The notes under the pieces: model-generated
Database searches by the model: none
The model's input: the letters and a program-made list of their open reading frames with translations, nothing else
What the model was told of the DNA's origin: nothing
Made by a program: the position numbers and the translations under genes
Part shown: positions 53,385 to 63,887 of the stretch, piece by piece
Position numbering within the stretch: position 1 is the first letter of the stretch
How the letters are laid out: each line of letters starts with the position of its first letter
Assembly: GCA_963676915.2 (NCBI GenBank)
Contig: CAXXVK010000054.1
Location: 1 to 64,000 of the forward strand
Length of the DNA: 64,000 nt
Origin: Myxococcota bacterium
GTDB taxonomy: Bacteria; Myxococcota_A; SURF-8; G963663525
Reading direction: 5' to 3'

Positions 53385-55769
53385 CTATTTTTCCGGAACG
53401 ATGAACCCGTAATAACGTCCCATCCAGTAAGGCATGATAAAGTCCGCGCCATCCAATTCACGGTTAGCGCCCCATCCGCCTTCAATTTCATATTGACAGG
53501 TGTTGTGGCGGATGTTCGGACGTTCGTCGCCGGGTAGGATGTAGCCGTCGCTTCGCATCCTACGGTCGTCGTAGCGATCCGAATAATACGGCGGGGCGAT
53601 GACGAGATCCAAACGGTGGTTGTTGTGTTGGGGCCAGCGGATCAGATCCATGGGATACAGTTTGAACCATCGCGAGGCATAAAAAAAGTCCGTCACGTCA
53701 CCGCCTAAAACTGCGTTGATCATGTCCCACATGGCGGCTTGTTGGAGTTCCATGTTTCCGTAGGTGTTTTTCCATCCTTCCAGCCACATCGCCCTTAATT
53801 CGGGATCGCTTTCGTAGCGCAGCAAGGGGAAGAACGCCTGGGTGGCCAACTCGTCACCGTCGCCGCTGCCTTGTCGGAACGTCGGTTCGCTTTCATGAAC
53901 GATATTTTCGTCGTAATGGTGTTCTTCGATCAGTTCCGCTTTGGCATCCAGGTATTTTTGTTTTCCGGTCATGTAATGTGCCAGAGTCAACGCGGCGATC
54001 ATCTGCACGCTGCGGCGACCACCGTCGGAAATCGCGCCCACAACCGGATGATTGACGTATTCCGGGTCGAACTGACCGTAGGAGGTGACTTCTCCGTCAA
54101 CATCCCAAAGTTGATAGCCATGATCGACGATGCCGCCGATGATGTTATCCACATGCTGGCGGATGGCGTCTTTCTGGCTGTCGTCGGCGCAGAGGTCGTA
54201 GGCGTGTCCCATCATAAACATGTGCGAAGTGACTTCATCGTTGGACGTATCCGCTTTTACCCACCATTCTCCGTCGGGGGAGGTGAACCACTCGCCATCG
54301 TCGGGATTATCGCAGTCATCCAGGACGCAGCCTTCTTTTCGAATCACCGAACGGGCCATAAAGTAGTCCGTACCGGTCAACGTCTGGAAACTGAGCATTC
54401 TCTCCAGCGACTGGTCGAAATGGTCCTTGGCTTCTTCATCCCCCGTGATGAGGTAGCGGAAGCACTCGGCCAATAGCCAATAGCAGGTCCACCCACCATC
54501 GTTATCGGAATCGTACGGAACGCTCGTCGAGAGATCGCCCGCAACGCTCAATCGTGAATCGGCGACGGCACCTTCTCTATTGTGCCGCAACACCACGCGT
54601 TCGATGGCGCGGTCTACCTTTTCCTCAAGGGTCATCCACTCCACCGTTACCGAGGCCAGACCACCTTCCGTAGCGAAGTAGATCGGGCCGTCTACGAGGC
54701 TTGTGTCTGTTGCAATGGAGTGTACGTGTCGGTCCGGCAACCATCTAAGATCATTATAGATTCTCCATTCCGGTCCGATATCGCGTTCGATGATGCGATA
54801 GGCGCCGTCTTTCGTTCCGACAAGAAATCCACCGTCCGAAGCAGCGGTTGCGCAGGTTGGAGAGGAGAAAGGAATACGACCCTCGGTGAACTCGGGAACA
54901 TCCATCACCAGCGGAGTGGTTCCGCTAAGGTCGAGACCTATCAATCCATCTTCACCGATCACTACGAGATCGATGGAAGAGGGCAGGCTTACATCGGCTA
55001 CCATGGCTCGGATTGTACCCGACAGAGGTTCGGTGATCGGTGTGAATTTGAAGGTCGCTTCGGGGAGTTCGGCGGCTTGCGGCAACGAGTAGGCTTTCAA
55101 TGTGTCTTCGAAGGCAACGAATAGCTGGGTTTCCGTTTCGAGTACTGCTGTAACCGGAGTGCCGTTGCTCGGCCAGACGACGCCCTGATCGTCGGCGAAT
55201 CCCATCCCTTGATCCGTGAGTATATACAGGTAGTTGGAGCCACCGACAAGGCCCGTGATCGTCAAGCCGTCGGGAACTCCAACGGTTTCGTTTTCTCCAT
55301 ACAAATAGGATTCACTGGCCATGAAAAGATTCGCACCAAGAAAAGCGGCGTATTGAAGATCGGGATGGGTCGTGTCAATCGCCTGAATTTCCGGGTTTCC
55401 GTTGCCGTTTCGCGAGACGGGTCCACGGGTGGAGATTTGTAGAGGAGTTTCGTACCCGATAGCGGATTCCGGTGGGAACAATACCGAGGCAAGCGGACCG
55501 ATTCCGGCTTCGACCTCGTTGCCGGTATGATTGATTTCCTGACGGAAAGGAACATCGACATACGGTGTTTCCGTTTGGGGCGGAACGAATGGGACCGTTA
55601 GGGTTTCGGCGTCGTCCGTGTCCTGTTCCATTTCTTCGTTCTGTTCTATTTGGTCGGTATCCCCTGGAGTCGTATTGGATTCGGAGTCATCGCTGCAAGC
55701 GGTACCAAACACCGATACGATCAACAAAATCAGAAATGCCAAAACGAAGGAATGAAGGTGATTTTTCAT
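53385..55769 (-). CDS. Large uncharacterised lipoprotein (propeller-like N-terminal half, helical acidic C-terminal half)
   Basis: Lipobox GTAC; acidic linker; F.AT..G propeller-like repeats; DSDNDGGWT...AECFRY, WWVKADTSNDEVTSH, YWMGRYYG. Confidence 0.82.
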   Translation of the reverse strand: MKNHLHSFVLAFLILLIVSVFGTACSDDSESNTTPGDTDQIEQNEEMEQDTDDAETLTVPFVPPQTETPYVDVPFRQEINHTGNEVEAGIGPLASVLFPPESAIGYETPLQISTRGPVSRNGNGNPEIQAIDTTHPDLQYAAFLGANLFMASESYLYGENETVGVPDGLTITGLVGGSNYLYILTDQGMGFADDQGVVWPSNGTPVTAVLETETQLFVAFEDTLKAYSLPQAAELPEATFKFTPITEPLSGTIRAMVADVSLPSSIDLVVIGEDGLIGLDLSGTTPLVMDVPEFTEGRIPFSSPTCATAASDGGFLVGTKDGAYRIIERDIGPEWRIYNDLRWLPDRHVHSIATDTSLVDGPIYFATEGGLASVTVEWMTLEEKVDRAIERVVLRHNREGAVADSRLSVAGDLSTSVPYDSDNDGGWTCYWLLAECFRYLITGDEEAKDHFDQSLERMLSFQTLTGTDYFMARSVIRKEGCVLDDCDNPDDGEWFTSPDGEWWVKADTSNDEVTSHMFMMGHAYDLCADDSQKDAIRQHVDNIIGGIVDHGYQLWDVDGEVTSYGQFDPEYVNHPVVGAISDGGRRSVQMIAALTLAHYMTGKQKYLDAKAELIEEHHYDENIVHESEPTFRQGSGDGDELATQAFFPLLRYESDPELRAMWLEGWKNTYGNMELQQAAMWDMINAVLGGDVTDFFYASRWFKLYPMDLIRWPQHNNHRLDLVIAPPYYSDRYDDRRMRSDGYILPGDERPNIRHNTCQYEIEGGWGANRELDGADFIMPYWMGRYYGFIVPEK

Positions 55770-55994
55770 AAATTTTATCCTTTTTTCACGACCTTGCATC
55801 GAAACAAAGACGCAAGGGAGAAAGTCATGTCTCCAAATCCGTTTTCTTTTACAATCTACACCAAGGTTTTGTCCACCGTTTCTCTAAAGATCGAGCGATG
55901 AAACGGGCAACGAGTGGATTTTCCAAGACTTTTCTTTGCTTTTTTGCCTGTTTTTCATTGTAATAGAGATATGTAAGCTCAAGGATTATCAAAC

Positions 55995-58724
55995 ATGGGT
56001 GAAGGACAACAACTCAACGGTTTGCTGGGGTTGGCTCTGCAAGCGTTCGAAAATATTGACGATGCGGTCATTACGTACGATGAAAACGGCCATGTCACCG
56101 GCTGGAACCGCGCCGCCGAAATCATTTACGATATCAGTCACGAAACCGCGCTGGATCAGAAAATCGATCAAATTCTACATATTGAAGATGAATCTGTCTC
56201 TCACGAAGATATCCGACGAGAAGTGCAACAAAAAGGCAGTTGGCGTGGGGAGTTGCAGCAGCGAAGCAAAAGCGGAAAGCGAGTTTGGGTAGACTGGTCC
56301 ATTGCGATGCTGATCTTTCCCGAGATCGGTCCGGTAGGGATGATTTCGATCACAAAGGACATCACCGAACGGAAAACCGTCGAGGAGAAACTAAGGGACA
56401 GTGAAGCTCGTTACAGGCTGTTGGCCAACAATTCCAACGATGTCATCTGGGTTCGAGATTTGAACCTGAAGATTCAATACATCTCTCCATCGGTCGAGAA
56501 CCAACTCGGGTACACTGTCGAGGAAGCCACTGCCCTGAAAACCGAACAGCTACTCACTCCCGATAGCCTCAACAAAGCTATGGCTTTGCTTGCCAAAGCC
56601 TTGGAATTGGGCAAAAAGCACCACATCATGGAATTGGAACACGTCCATAAGAACGGTCAGCGTCTATGGATCGAAATCAACGCCAGGATGTTGCACGACG
56701 AAGAAGGGAACCCGATATCGTTGCTTGGAGTTTCCCGCGATATCACGAAGCGCAAGCGGGCCGAAAATCTTCTTCGGTTGCAACGCGATCTGGCATTGAA
56801 ACTTGGCGAAACCATTTCCTTGGAAGAAATGGTCCGCCAATGTCTGGCCATTTCCATCGAAAGCGGCCAGATGGATTGCGGAGCGATTTTCCTCGTATCG
56901 GAAGAAGATGCAGAGCTTCGATATACCGATTCTCTTGGAAATTCGAGAGCTTTTGTAAAGGAAGTTCAACAGGGAGAAGTGGCGGCTCTTTTAACGAAAA
57001 TCCTCAAAGATGGCAAACCTCGATACGACTTGTTTCATACTTTCAACTTGCCTTTGAATGTGCCGACGAGGGAGAGTAAGTTGCGAGCTACGGCAGTATT
57101 GCCCTTGGTGTATCAGGATCGTATCGTTGGTTCGTTGAGTCTGGCTTCGTATTCGAAAAACGAAATCCCCCATTTCATCCGGCAGGCGTTGGAAGCCATT
57201 GCCTCTCAGATTGCATCAAGTATTGCTAGAAAACGGGCGGAGGATCGTTTGCAGCGATCGGAAGACCGCTTGCGGGCGTATGTCGAGGCGATCCCGGATC
57301 TTTCGGTTGTTTTCGACGAAGAGGGTAAATTTATCGAAATTGTTTCGAATGAAAACAATCCTTATTTGAAGCAATTAAGAGAGGCGAAAGGCTTTTACAT
57401 TAAGGACTACGTTTCTTCCACTGATGAAAAAGAGTTTTTACGGGTTATTTCGAAAACTTTGGAATCCGGTCAGTCTCAGCGAATGGAATATCCTATCCAT
57501 GCTCCTGGAAAAGTTCTATGGTTCGAGGCGACAACCAGTGTTTTACATTATGCTTTCGGTGAAAAGCGTCATGTGCTCTGGATGGCTCGGGAAACGACTG
57601 AGCGTCGCGAAGCCAGTCTCGCTCTGCAGGCAAGCGAACAGCGAATTCAAGCTTTGTTGAACGCCCCGGTGGATTCGGCCATTCTCATCGATCGTCAGGG
57701 CAATATCCAGGCTCTCAACGATGTGGCTGGACAAAAGCTTGCTGGAAGTATTTCCGAGTTGAAAGGTCAATGCCTTTATTCGTTTCTACCGGAACCTTTA
57801 CGTTCGGATCGGAGACGGAAGTACGAAACCGTATTCAGCAAGAAAAAGCCTTTACGTTTCGAAGATTCCCATTCGCAGACCGTTTACGACAACAGCGTGT
57901 ACCCGGTTTTCGACGAGAATAAAAACGTTGAGGCTTTGGCTGTATACACAAGAGATATCACTCATATACGAAGTTTCGAAAAAGAAAAGCGGAGAATGGA
58001 AGCACAGCTTCGGCACCAGCAGAAACTGGAATCCATCGGAACATTGGCCTCCGGAGTGGCACACGAGATCAACAATCCCATTAATATTATTATGAATTAC
58101 GGGGAATTGATTCTCGATGAAGTCGATAGAAAAAAGAATGTCATTGGAGATTATTCTCGGGAAATCATTTCCGAGGGGCAGCGTATCTCGGATATCGTAA
58201 GGAATTTGTTGGCATTTTCTCGTCAGGAGCAGGAAACTTTTTCGCGAGCGAATCCCAAAGAAATCATAGAATCCACTCTGACTCTGGTGAGCAAGATTCT
58301 ACAGAAAGATCAGATCGAATTGGAGTCGAGGGTTGAAAACGATTTGCCGATGGTTCGTTGTAACAAGCAGCAGATGATGCAAGTTTTGATGAATTTGCTC
58401 ACCAACGCACGCGATGCTTTGAACCAACGATTTCCGAAACCCGATCCTCAAAAAAAGGTGATTCTTCATGCGAGGGTTCAAGAGGCGATCAGGAAAAAAT
58501 GGGTAAGGATAGAAGTCGAGGACTATGGTATCGGAATGTCCAAGGAAGTGGCGGAGAGGATTTTCGATCCGTTTTTTACCACCAAATCCCGTGCGAATGG
58601 AACGGGGCTTGGATTGTCTATTAGCCATGGAATCATGCTCGAAAACAAAGGGCGCTTAAGCTTCAGTACAGAGCCAAACAAAGGAAGCATTTTTGTTATG
58701 GAATTGAATGCGGAAGACGAATAG
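55995..58724 (+). CDS. PAS/GAF sensor histidine kinase
   Basis: 4 PAS plus GAF; LASGVAHEINNP; NARDA; EDYGIG; FDPFFTTK; GTGLGL; RBS AAGGA. Confidence 0.95.
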   Translation: MGEGQQLNGLLGLALQAFENIDDAVITYDENGHVTGWNRAAEIIYDISHETALDQKIDQILHIEDESVSHEDIRREVQQKGSWRGELQQRSKSGKRVWVDWSIAMLIFPEIGPVGMISITKDITERKTVEEKLRDSEARYRLLANNSNDVIWVRDLNLKIQYISPSVENQLGYTVEEATALKTEQLLTPDSLNKAMALLAKALELGKKHHIMELEHVHKNGQRLWIEINARMLHDEEGNPISLLGVSRDITKRKRAENLLRLQRDLALKLGETISLEEMVRQCLAISIESGQMDCGAIFLVSEEDAELRYTDSLGNSRAFVKEVQQGEVAALLTKILKDGKPRYDLFHTFNLPLNVPTRESKLRATAVLPLVYQDRIVGSLSLASYSKNEIPHFIRQALEAIASQIASSIARKRAEDRLQRSEDRLRAYVEAIPDLSVVFDEEGKFIEIVSNENNPYLKQLREAKGFYIKDYVSSTDEKEFLRVISKTLESGQSQRMEYPIHAPGKVLWFEATTSVLHYAFGEKRHVLWMARETTERREASLALQASEQRIQALLNAPVDSAILIDRQGNIQALNDVAGQKLAGSISELKGQCLYSFLPEPLRSDRRRKYETVFSKKKPLRFEDSHSQTVYDNSVYPVFDENKNVEALAVYTRDITHIRSFEKEKRRMEAQLRHQQKLESIGTLASGVAHEINNPINIIMNYGELILDEVDRKKNVIGDYSREIISEGQRISDIVRNLLAFSRQEQETFSRANPKEIIESTLTLVSKILQKDQIELESRVENDLPMVRCNKQQMMQVLMNLLTNARDALNQRFPKPDPQKKVILHARVQEAIRKKWVRIEVEDYGIGMSKEVAERIFDPFFTTKSRANGTGLGLSISHGIMLENKGRLSFSTEPNKGSIFVMELNAEDE

Positions 58725-58748
58725 TCTCAGTTTTCAGTTTCGTTACTG

Positions 58749-59585
58749 TTATTTTTTCCAGGAAAATAAGTAGTTCTGATTTTGTTCAATCCATAAATCC
58801 GCTTCGTTGCTATGCGGAAAGCGGGCCACCAATTCGTTGAAGTCGTTGCCGTGAATCACGCGCCTGCCGTTAGGATCTTTCGAAACACCGACTTCGGCAT
58901 GAGCCATTTCATGAAACAGAATAGATTCGACGACGAATTTCGGCACGCGTGCCCGGTCGAGGGTGGGATGGATACGTATCGTATTGGTCTGCTCGGACCA
59001 ACTTCCGAGTTTTAGAGAACGTTTGGCTCGCATCGGAGGTGTGGCCCATCCGATATAGCAGGAAAGGTTGGAGTCGAAAAAGCGTTTGTTGAGGTGATCG
59101 AACATGCTTTTGAGGTCGTAGACTTTTCCTTGTTGTTTCAGACGGATCGGTTTGGTGTTTTTCGGTGCGGAATCGATCAAAGAGTAATGTTCGTTGATGA
59201 ACTGGCGTAGTTCAACGGGCCAACGTTTGGTGTTTCCGCAGGCAAAATCCGCAATTCCGACAATGAGATCGTGGGGAGCGAAGGCAAACATCGCGTGTAC
59301 GCGCAATGAATTCGTGTTTTTTTCACGCTTGAAGGAAATCATTGCCCTTCGGTTGTTGTTCCAGATCACACGCCAACTCGATCCCGCGAGGCTTCGAAAG
59401 GCTTTCTCGAAATTACGTTTCGCGACCAGAAAATCTGTGGCGGGGGAGATGGTATCCTCCTCACCGTTTTCTCCACTACCGGCAGATCCAACCCGCTTTT
59501 TACCTTTGGGAGAACTTTCCGCTGGTGCGAGAATGGTTTCCGGAAAAAGGGAGAGCTGACCTTCGGGTGAATGTTTTGCCGTCAT
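58749..59585 (-). CDS. SprT-like zinc metalloprotease domain protein
   Basis: YDLKSMFDHLN.RFF, LGS......IRIHPTLD...VP.FV...LFHEMAH, HG.DF. Confidence 0.85.
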   Translation of the reverse strand: MTAKHSPEGQLSLFPETILAPAESSPKGKKRVGSAGSGENGEEDTISPATDFLVAKRNFEKAFRSLAGSSWRVIWNNNRRAMISFKREKNTNSLRVHAMFAFAPHDLIVGIADFACGNTKRWPVELRQFINEHYSLIDSAPKNTKPIRLKQQGKVYDLKSMFDHLNKRFFDSNLSCYIGWATPPMRAKRSLKLGSWSEQTNTIRIHPTLDRARVPKFVVESILFHEMAHAEVGVSKDPNGRRVIHGNDFNELVARFPHSNEADLWIEQNQNYLFSWKK

Positions 59586-59840
59586 CGTTGCACCGTAAAC
59601 ATCAAAAAGAAAAACGATTTTCTTCACAACACTATATACTAATTGGATTTCAAAGACAACATAAATGTACAGATGTTCAGTATTTTGTAGAGGAAGATTT
59701 TAAGGAGAAAGTAGTAGGTTTTGAGGAGAGCGAAAAATTGCAAGCGTGAATTCGAAAAGAAAAATTGAAAACGCAGAAAAAATTCTTCCCTTAATGATAA
59801 AAAAGGGTTCCAAACATCGGAAACGAAAAGAGATGGTATC

Positions 59841-60044
59841 TCAGCGTTTTTTGGATTTTTCACGAAGAGCGTTATGGAGCACTTCAGACAAATCCCACTG
59901 TTCGAGCGTATTCTTGATGTTTTCCCATCGTTTGCAATGTTGCGTCATTTCCATCATCGCCTCTTGTTTTGTGTCCGTAACGGAGGATACAAAATAAGGC
60001 GAACGAGTTTTCCTGGCGAACCTCGCAGCGAACCTGGAATCCAT
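59841..60044 (-). CDS. Small hypothetical protein (67 aa)
   Basis: Perfect AGGAGG 6 nt upstream of ATG 60044; a GC-richer island inside AT-rich flanks. Confidence 0.55.
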   Translation of the reverse strand: MDSRFAARFARKTRSPYFVSSVTDTKQEAMMEMTQHCKRWENIKNTLEQWDLSEVLHNALREKSKKR

Positions 60045-60459
60045 TGAAAACCTCCTAAATGCTAGGGTGATGGTGACATAACACAACACGAAACATTAGT
60101 AAATACAAAAAATACGATTTTTTGAAAAAACATAAAGCTCAGTATTTATTAAATACCATTAAATATATTATACTAAAAGTATAGGTAAAAGCAAAGTTTA
60201 TTTCGAATTGCTGTGGGGAGTTTTAGGAAGATTTCGAAGGTACTTTGCTTTTGATTGCGGTAATCAAAATGGCGATTTCGACTTTCGATATTTCGAACTT
60301 ATTTTGATCTACAATGATTCTCCATTTTGAAAAACGCTCTGGGTTTCGTTTGAGAAAGCTTAGTCTATGTGCTACTCTGTTTTGACTTGATGACGAATAT
60401 CTAAGAAATTTCAACCATTGCGGTCCGTGCCACGGTCCGCCGTTCAGGAGGAAAAAACC

Positions 60460-61431
60460 GTGATTCAGACAAAAATAACCGAAATGCTTGGTATTGAATA
60501 TCCGATTATCGGCGGTACGATGATGGACCTTTCCAAGGCCGAATTCGTGGCGGCAATTTCCAATGCGGGGGCTTTGGGTATTATCGCTTCGGCGATTTTC
60601 CGTGAAACCGAGGCGTTGCGAGAAGAAATCAAGAAAACGAAGGATCTCACCGACAAACCCTTCGCCGTCAATATCAACCTGTTTCCGATGTTGCAGCCAC
60701 CCGACAACCGTGAGTTCGTCGAAACGCTGGCCGAACAGGGTGTGAAAATCGTCGAAACCTCGGGCAATGCCGCACCGGTAGAACTGGTCGGGTTGTTCAA
60801 GGAATTCGGCATGACATGGATTCACAAATGTGTGGGTGTTCGCTACGCGAAAAAAGTGGCCAGTCTTGGAGCCGATGGCGTGACGGTCGTTGGCTATGAA
60901 AACGGTGGTGCTACTGGTGTGCTGAACGTCACGACAATGGTGTTGGTTCCCTCTGTCGTGGATGCCGTGGATATTCCGGTTGTCGGTGGCGGTGGAGTGG
61001 CCGATGGTCGCGGGTTGGCGGCTGTGCTTTCTTTGGGAGCCGAGGCGGCGATTATCGGCAGTCGCTTGATGCTTTCCGATGAATGCCCGATCCATACCAA
61101 TTTGAAAAAAGCGATGTGCGAAGCCGACGAACTGAGCACCGATATCATTATGCAAAGCATCGGATTCGCGCATCGGGTATGGCTCAACGATCCGGCAGTG
61201 AAAACGCGAGATATCGAATCGAAAGGTGGTGGTCTCGAAGACATCATCCAGTACGTTTCAGGGGAAGCGGCGCGAAAAATGTACGAAACCGGGGATCTCG
61301 ATGCCGGTACCGTATCTTGCTCGCAGTCTATCGGATTGGCCAACCGTATAATGCCTCTGCGAGAGATTTTCGAGGAAATCATGCAGCAGGCCGAAACCCA
61401 GATCAAACGGTTAAATACGATGGGATTTTAA
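60460..61431 (+). CDS. Nitronate monooxygenase/FabK-family flavoenzyme
   Basis: T.ITEMLGIEYPII.G, AAISNAGALG, TDKPFAVNI, GGGVADGRG; RBS AGGAGG before GTG. Confidence 0.9.
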   Translation: MIQTKITEMLGIEYPIIGGTMMDLSKAEFVAAISNAGALGIIASAIFRETEALREEIKKTKDLTDKPFAVNINLFPMLQPPDNREFVETLAEQGVKIVETSGNAAPVELVGLFKEFGMTWIHKCVGVRYAKKVASLGADGVTVVGYENGGATGVLNVTTMVLVPSVVDAVDIPVVGGGGVADGRGLAAVLSLGAEAAIIGSRLMLSDECPIHTNLKKAMCEADELSTDIIMQSIGFAHRVWLNDPAVKTRDIESKGGGLEDIIQYVSGEAARKMYETGDLDAGTVSCSQSIGLANRIMPLREIFEEIMQQAETQIKRLNTMGF

Positions 61432-61475
61432 ACGGCGATAGACGGGACACTGCAAAAACAAAAAGCTACGATTGA

Positions 61476-63167
61476 ATGAAATCCAAGGAAAAAGGTGTGC
61501 TGAAATCAAGCGGATGGCAGGCGATAACGGTTCTATTTTTCATCACTTTTTCGTTTTTTGCGTGGGCTGAACCGGCATCTTCTCCTGATGAGTTACAGGT
61601 GCACTCCGAGGTGAAGGTGGAAGCGCGGCAGATGCTTGCGCCTCGCCCCGCCGAACAACTACGTTCCGCGACGATACCTGTTGAAGGAGAAGTGAAGAAT
61701 AGCATTGGGGCCAAGCGTCCTCCCGTAGCGCTTGGTGGAGCGCGTCCCCTCGACTTTGCAACGGCCCAACGGATGATCCGCGATGTATTGGCACAAGATG
61801 TTTTCGAGGGCGTAACCGTCGGTTTTCTTGCGGAAAATCTACACAGTGGCTTGCGCTATGTTTCTACAAACGAAAATACGCTGTTCGTCCCGGCCAGCAA
61901 TCAGAAAATCCTCACGACGGCTGCGGTGTTGGAAACGCTGGGGCCGGATTATCGTTTCGAAACCGATTTTGTCGCGACCAAAGAAGTGGATGAAAACGGC
62001 TTGCTCGAATCCGATCTGTACGTAATCGGTTCGGGAGATCCGTTTCTGGTTCCCGAACAGATCGATCGTCTGGGATACGAGTTGGAGGCGAAAAATATCC
62101 GCAAAATCAAGGGAAACCTCATCGTGGATGATTCCCTTTTCGAGATTCCTGCAATCGGTCCCGGCTTCGACGACGACGAAAGCTACCGTGCCTATCGGGC
62201 ACCCCAAGGTGCGTTGAGCGTAAATTTCAACTCGGTGGCGGTAACGGTGATGCCGGGAGTCGAGGCCAATGCTCCGGCGCGTATTCAGGTTATTCCTCCC
62301 CAGCGCTATACCGTTCTCGATAACCAGACGAAAACGGTCATGGGGAGAATGCGCCAGTGGATTCGCGTGGAAACTCCGATGGAAGACTGGCGAAACAAAA
62401 TCGTCGTAACCGGTGGGATTTCCGGCAATTATCGGCCTTTGACCTACCATCGGCGCATCGACAACGTGCCGATCTTTTCCGGGTGGACCATTCACGACAT
62501 TCTCAAACGACACGATATCCGTTTCACCGGGACGGTGAAAACCGGAAAAGCCCCGGAAAACGATGCTGTACTGATCCATCGTTTCGAATCTCTGCCTCTT
62601 TCCTCGATGTGTCGCCTGATCAACAAGTATTCCAACAATTTCATGGCGGAAATGGTATTGCTGAAGCTGGGCGCCGTCCGATTCGAAGCCCCTGGAAACT
62701 GGGAAAAAGGGGCGAAGGCTATGGCAGAGTACCTGAAGTCGCTAGGAATCGATACCACTCCTTATCTTTTGAGTAACGGCTCGGGAATGGGGGATGTTAA
62801 CCGGATTTCTCCCTCGTTGCTGGTGAGCGTGTTGCGACACATGGCGCTGAATTACGAGTCAGGACCGGAATTCGTTGCCTCGTTGACCGTCTCCGGCGTG
62901 GATGGCACCTTGGCGACACGGTACGATATTCCCGATGTAAAACAGGCAGTTCGAGGCAAGACGGGGACGCTTTCCGATGTCATGGCATTGTCGGGATATG
63001 TATTGAACCGAGGATGCGAACGCGTTGTTTTTTCGTTGCTGTTCAACGGAATCGCCGGAAAACCCCGAGATCGCTTGTATGATGCGCAAGTCGAGTTGGT
63101 GCGTATTCTTTCCAACTCCGCTCCGGATCATCCTGCTCCGGGTTGTCATAGGATCGTTCTTCCTTGA
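61476..63167 (+). CDS. dacB: D-alanyl-D-alanine carboxypeptidase/endopeptidase PBP4 (peptidase S13)
   Basis: PASNQK (SxxK), GSGDP, SNN (SxN), NGSG, KTGTL. Confidence 0.95.
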   Translation: MKSKEKGVLKSSGWQAITVLFFITFSFFAWAEPASSPDELQVHSEVKVEARQMLAPRPAEQLRSATIPVEGEVKNSIGAKRPPVALGGARPLDFATAQRMIRDVLAQDVFEGVTVGFLAENLHSGLRYVSTNENTLFVPASNQKILTTAAVLETLGPDYRFETDFVATKEVDENGLLESDLYVIGSGDPFLVPEQIDRLGYELEAKNIRKIKGNLIVDDSLFEIPAIGPGFDDDESYRAYRAPQGALSVNFNSVAVTVMPGVEANAPARIQVIPPQRYTVLDNQTKTVMGRMRQWIRVETPMEDWRNKIVVTGGISGNYRPLTYHRRIDNVPIFSGWTIHDILKRHDIRFTGTVKTGKAPENDAVLIHRFESLPLSSMCRLINKYSNNFMAEMVLLKLGAVRFEAPGNWEKGAKAMAEYLKSLGIDTTPYLLSNGSGMGDVNRISPSLLVSVLRHMALNYESGPEFVASLTVSGVDGTLATRYDIPDVKQAVRGKTGTLSDVMALSGYVLNRGCERVVFSLLFNGIAGKPRDRLYDAQVELVRILSNSAPDHPAPGCHRIVLP

Positions 63168-63401
63168 TGATGGTTTATTGAAGTATTGGATGAGAACCCG
63201 TCGGAGAGTCCTCATCAAAAACAAACAAAACTTGCTTTGGTTTTGGCGCAAATAAGTTGAGTTTTGCGGTGTCTTTTGCGAAATTGACGGGAAGGGAACG
63301 ATTTCTTTCAGAAATTTTCAACAGATGTTTCCTTTTTTCATGACGTGGTGACGAATTTATCCGGTTCCGGTGTTTTATTCCCAGGAAGTCGAGGGCGGCT
63401 T

Positions 63402-63887
63402 TTGACGATCGACGTAGAAGAGTATTACAGGCAGTTTGGGCCGATGGTCGTTAGACGCTGCCAGTACCTTTTGAAGGATGAAGAGGAAGCCTGGGACGCC
63501 ATGCAGGATGTTTTCGTCAAATTATTGCGCAATGAAAAGAAGCTACAGCACGACAAGCCGTCGAGTCTTTTAATGCGCATCGCAACCAACGAATGTCTCA
63601 ACCGGATTCGAAGTCGCAAAAGAAAACCCGCTGAACCAGACGACGATTTGCTTGCTCGTATCGCCTCTGCGGAAGACGAAGAAGAACAAACCCTGGCGCG
63701 TTCCATGCTGGATAAAATCTTCAGCCGGGAAAAGGAATCGACGCGCACCATCGCCGTGCTTCACTTGCTTGATGGATTGACGCTGGAAGAAACAGCCCAG
63801 GCGGTGGGAATGTCGGTTTCAGGTGTACGCAAACGTCTGCGAAATCTCGGCGAACACGTCAAGGAACTGCAAGAGGTGTTGCCATGA
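63402..63887 (+). CDS. ECF RNA polymerase sigma factor
   Basis: AWDAMQDVFVKL, LMRIATNECLN (region 2); DGLTLEETAQAVGMSVSGVRKRL (region 4); TTG start after GAGGG (start uncertain). Confidence 0.92.
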   Translation: MTIDVEEYYRQFGPMVVRRCQYLLKDEEEAWDAMQDVFVKLLRNEKKLQHDKPSSLLMRIATNECLNRIRSRKRKPAEPDDDLLARIASAEDEEEQTLARSMLDKIFSREKESTRTIAVLHLLDGLTLEETAQAVGMSVSGVRKRLRNLGEHVKELQEVLP

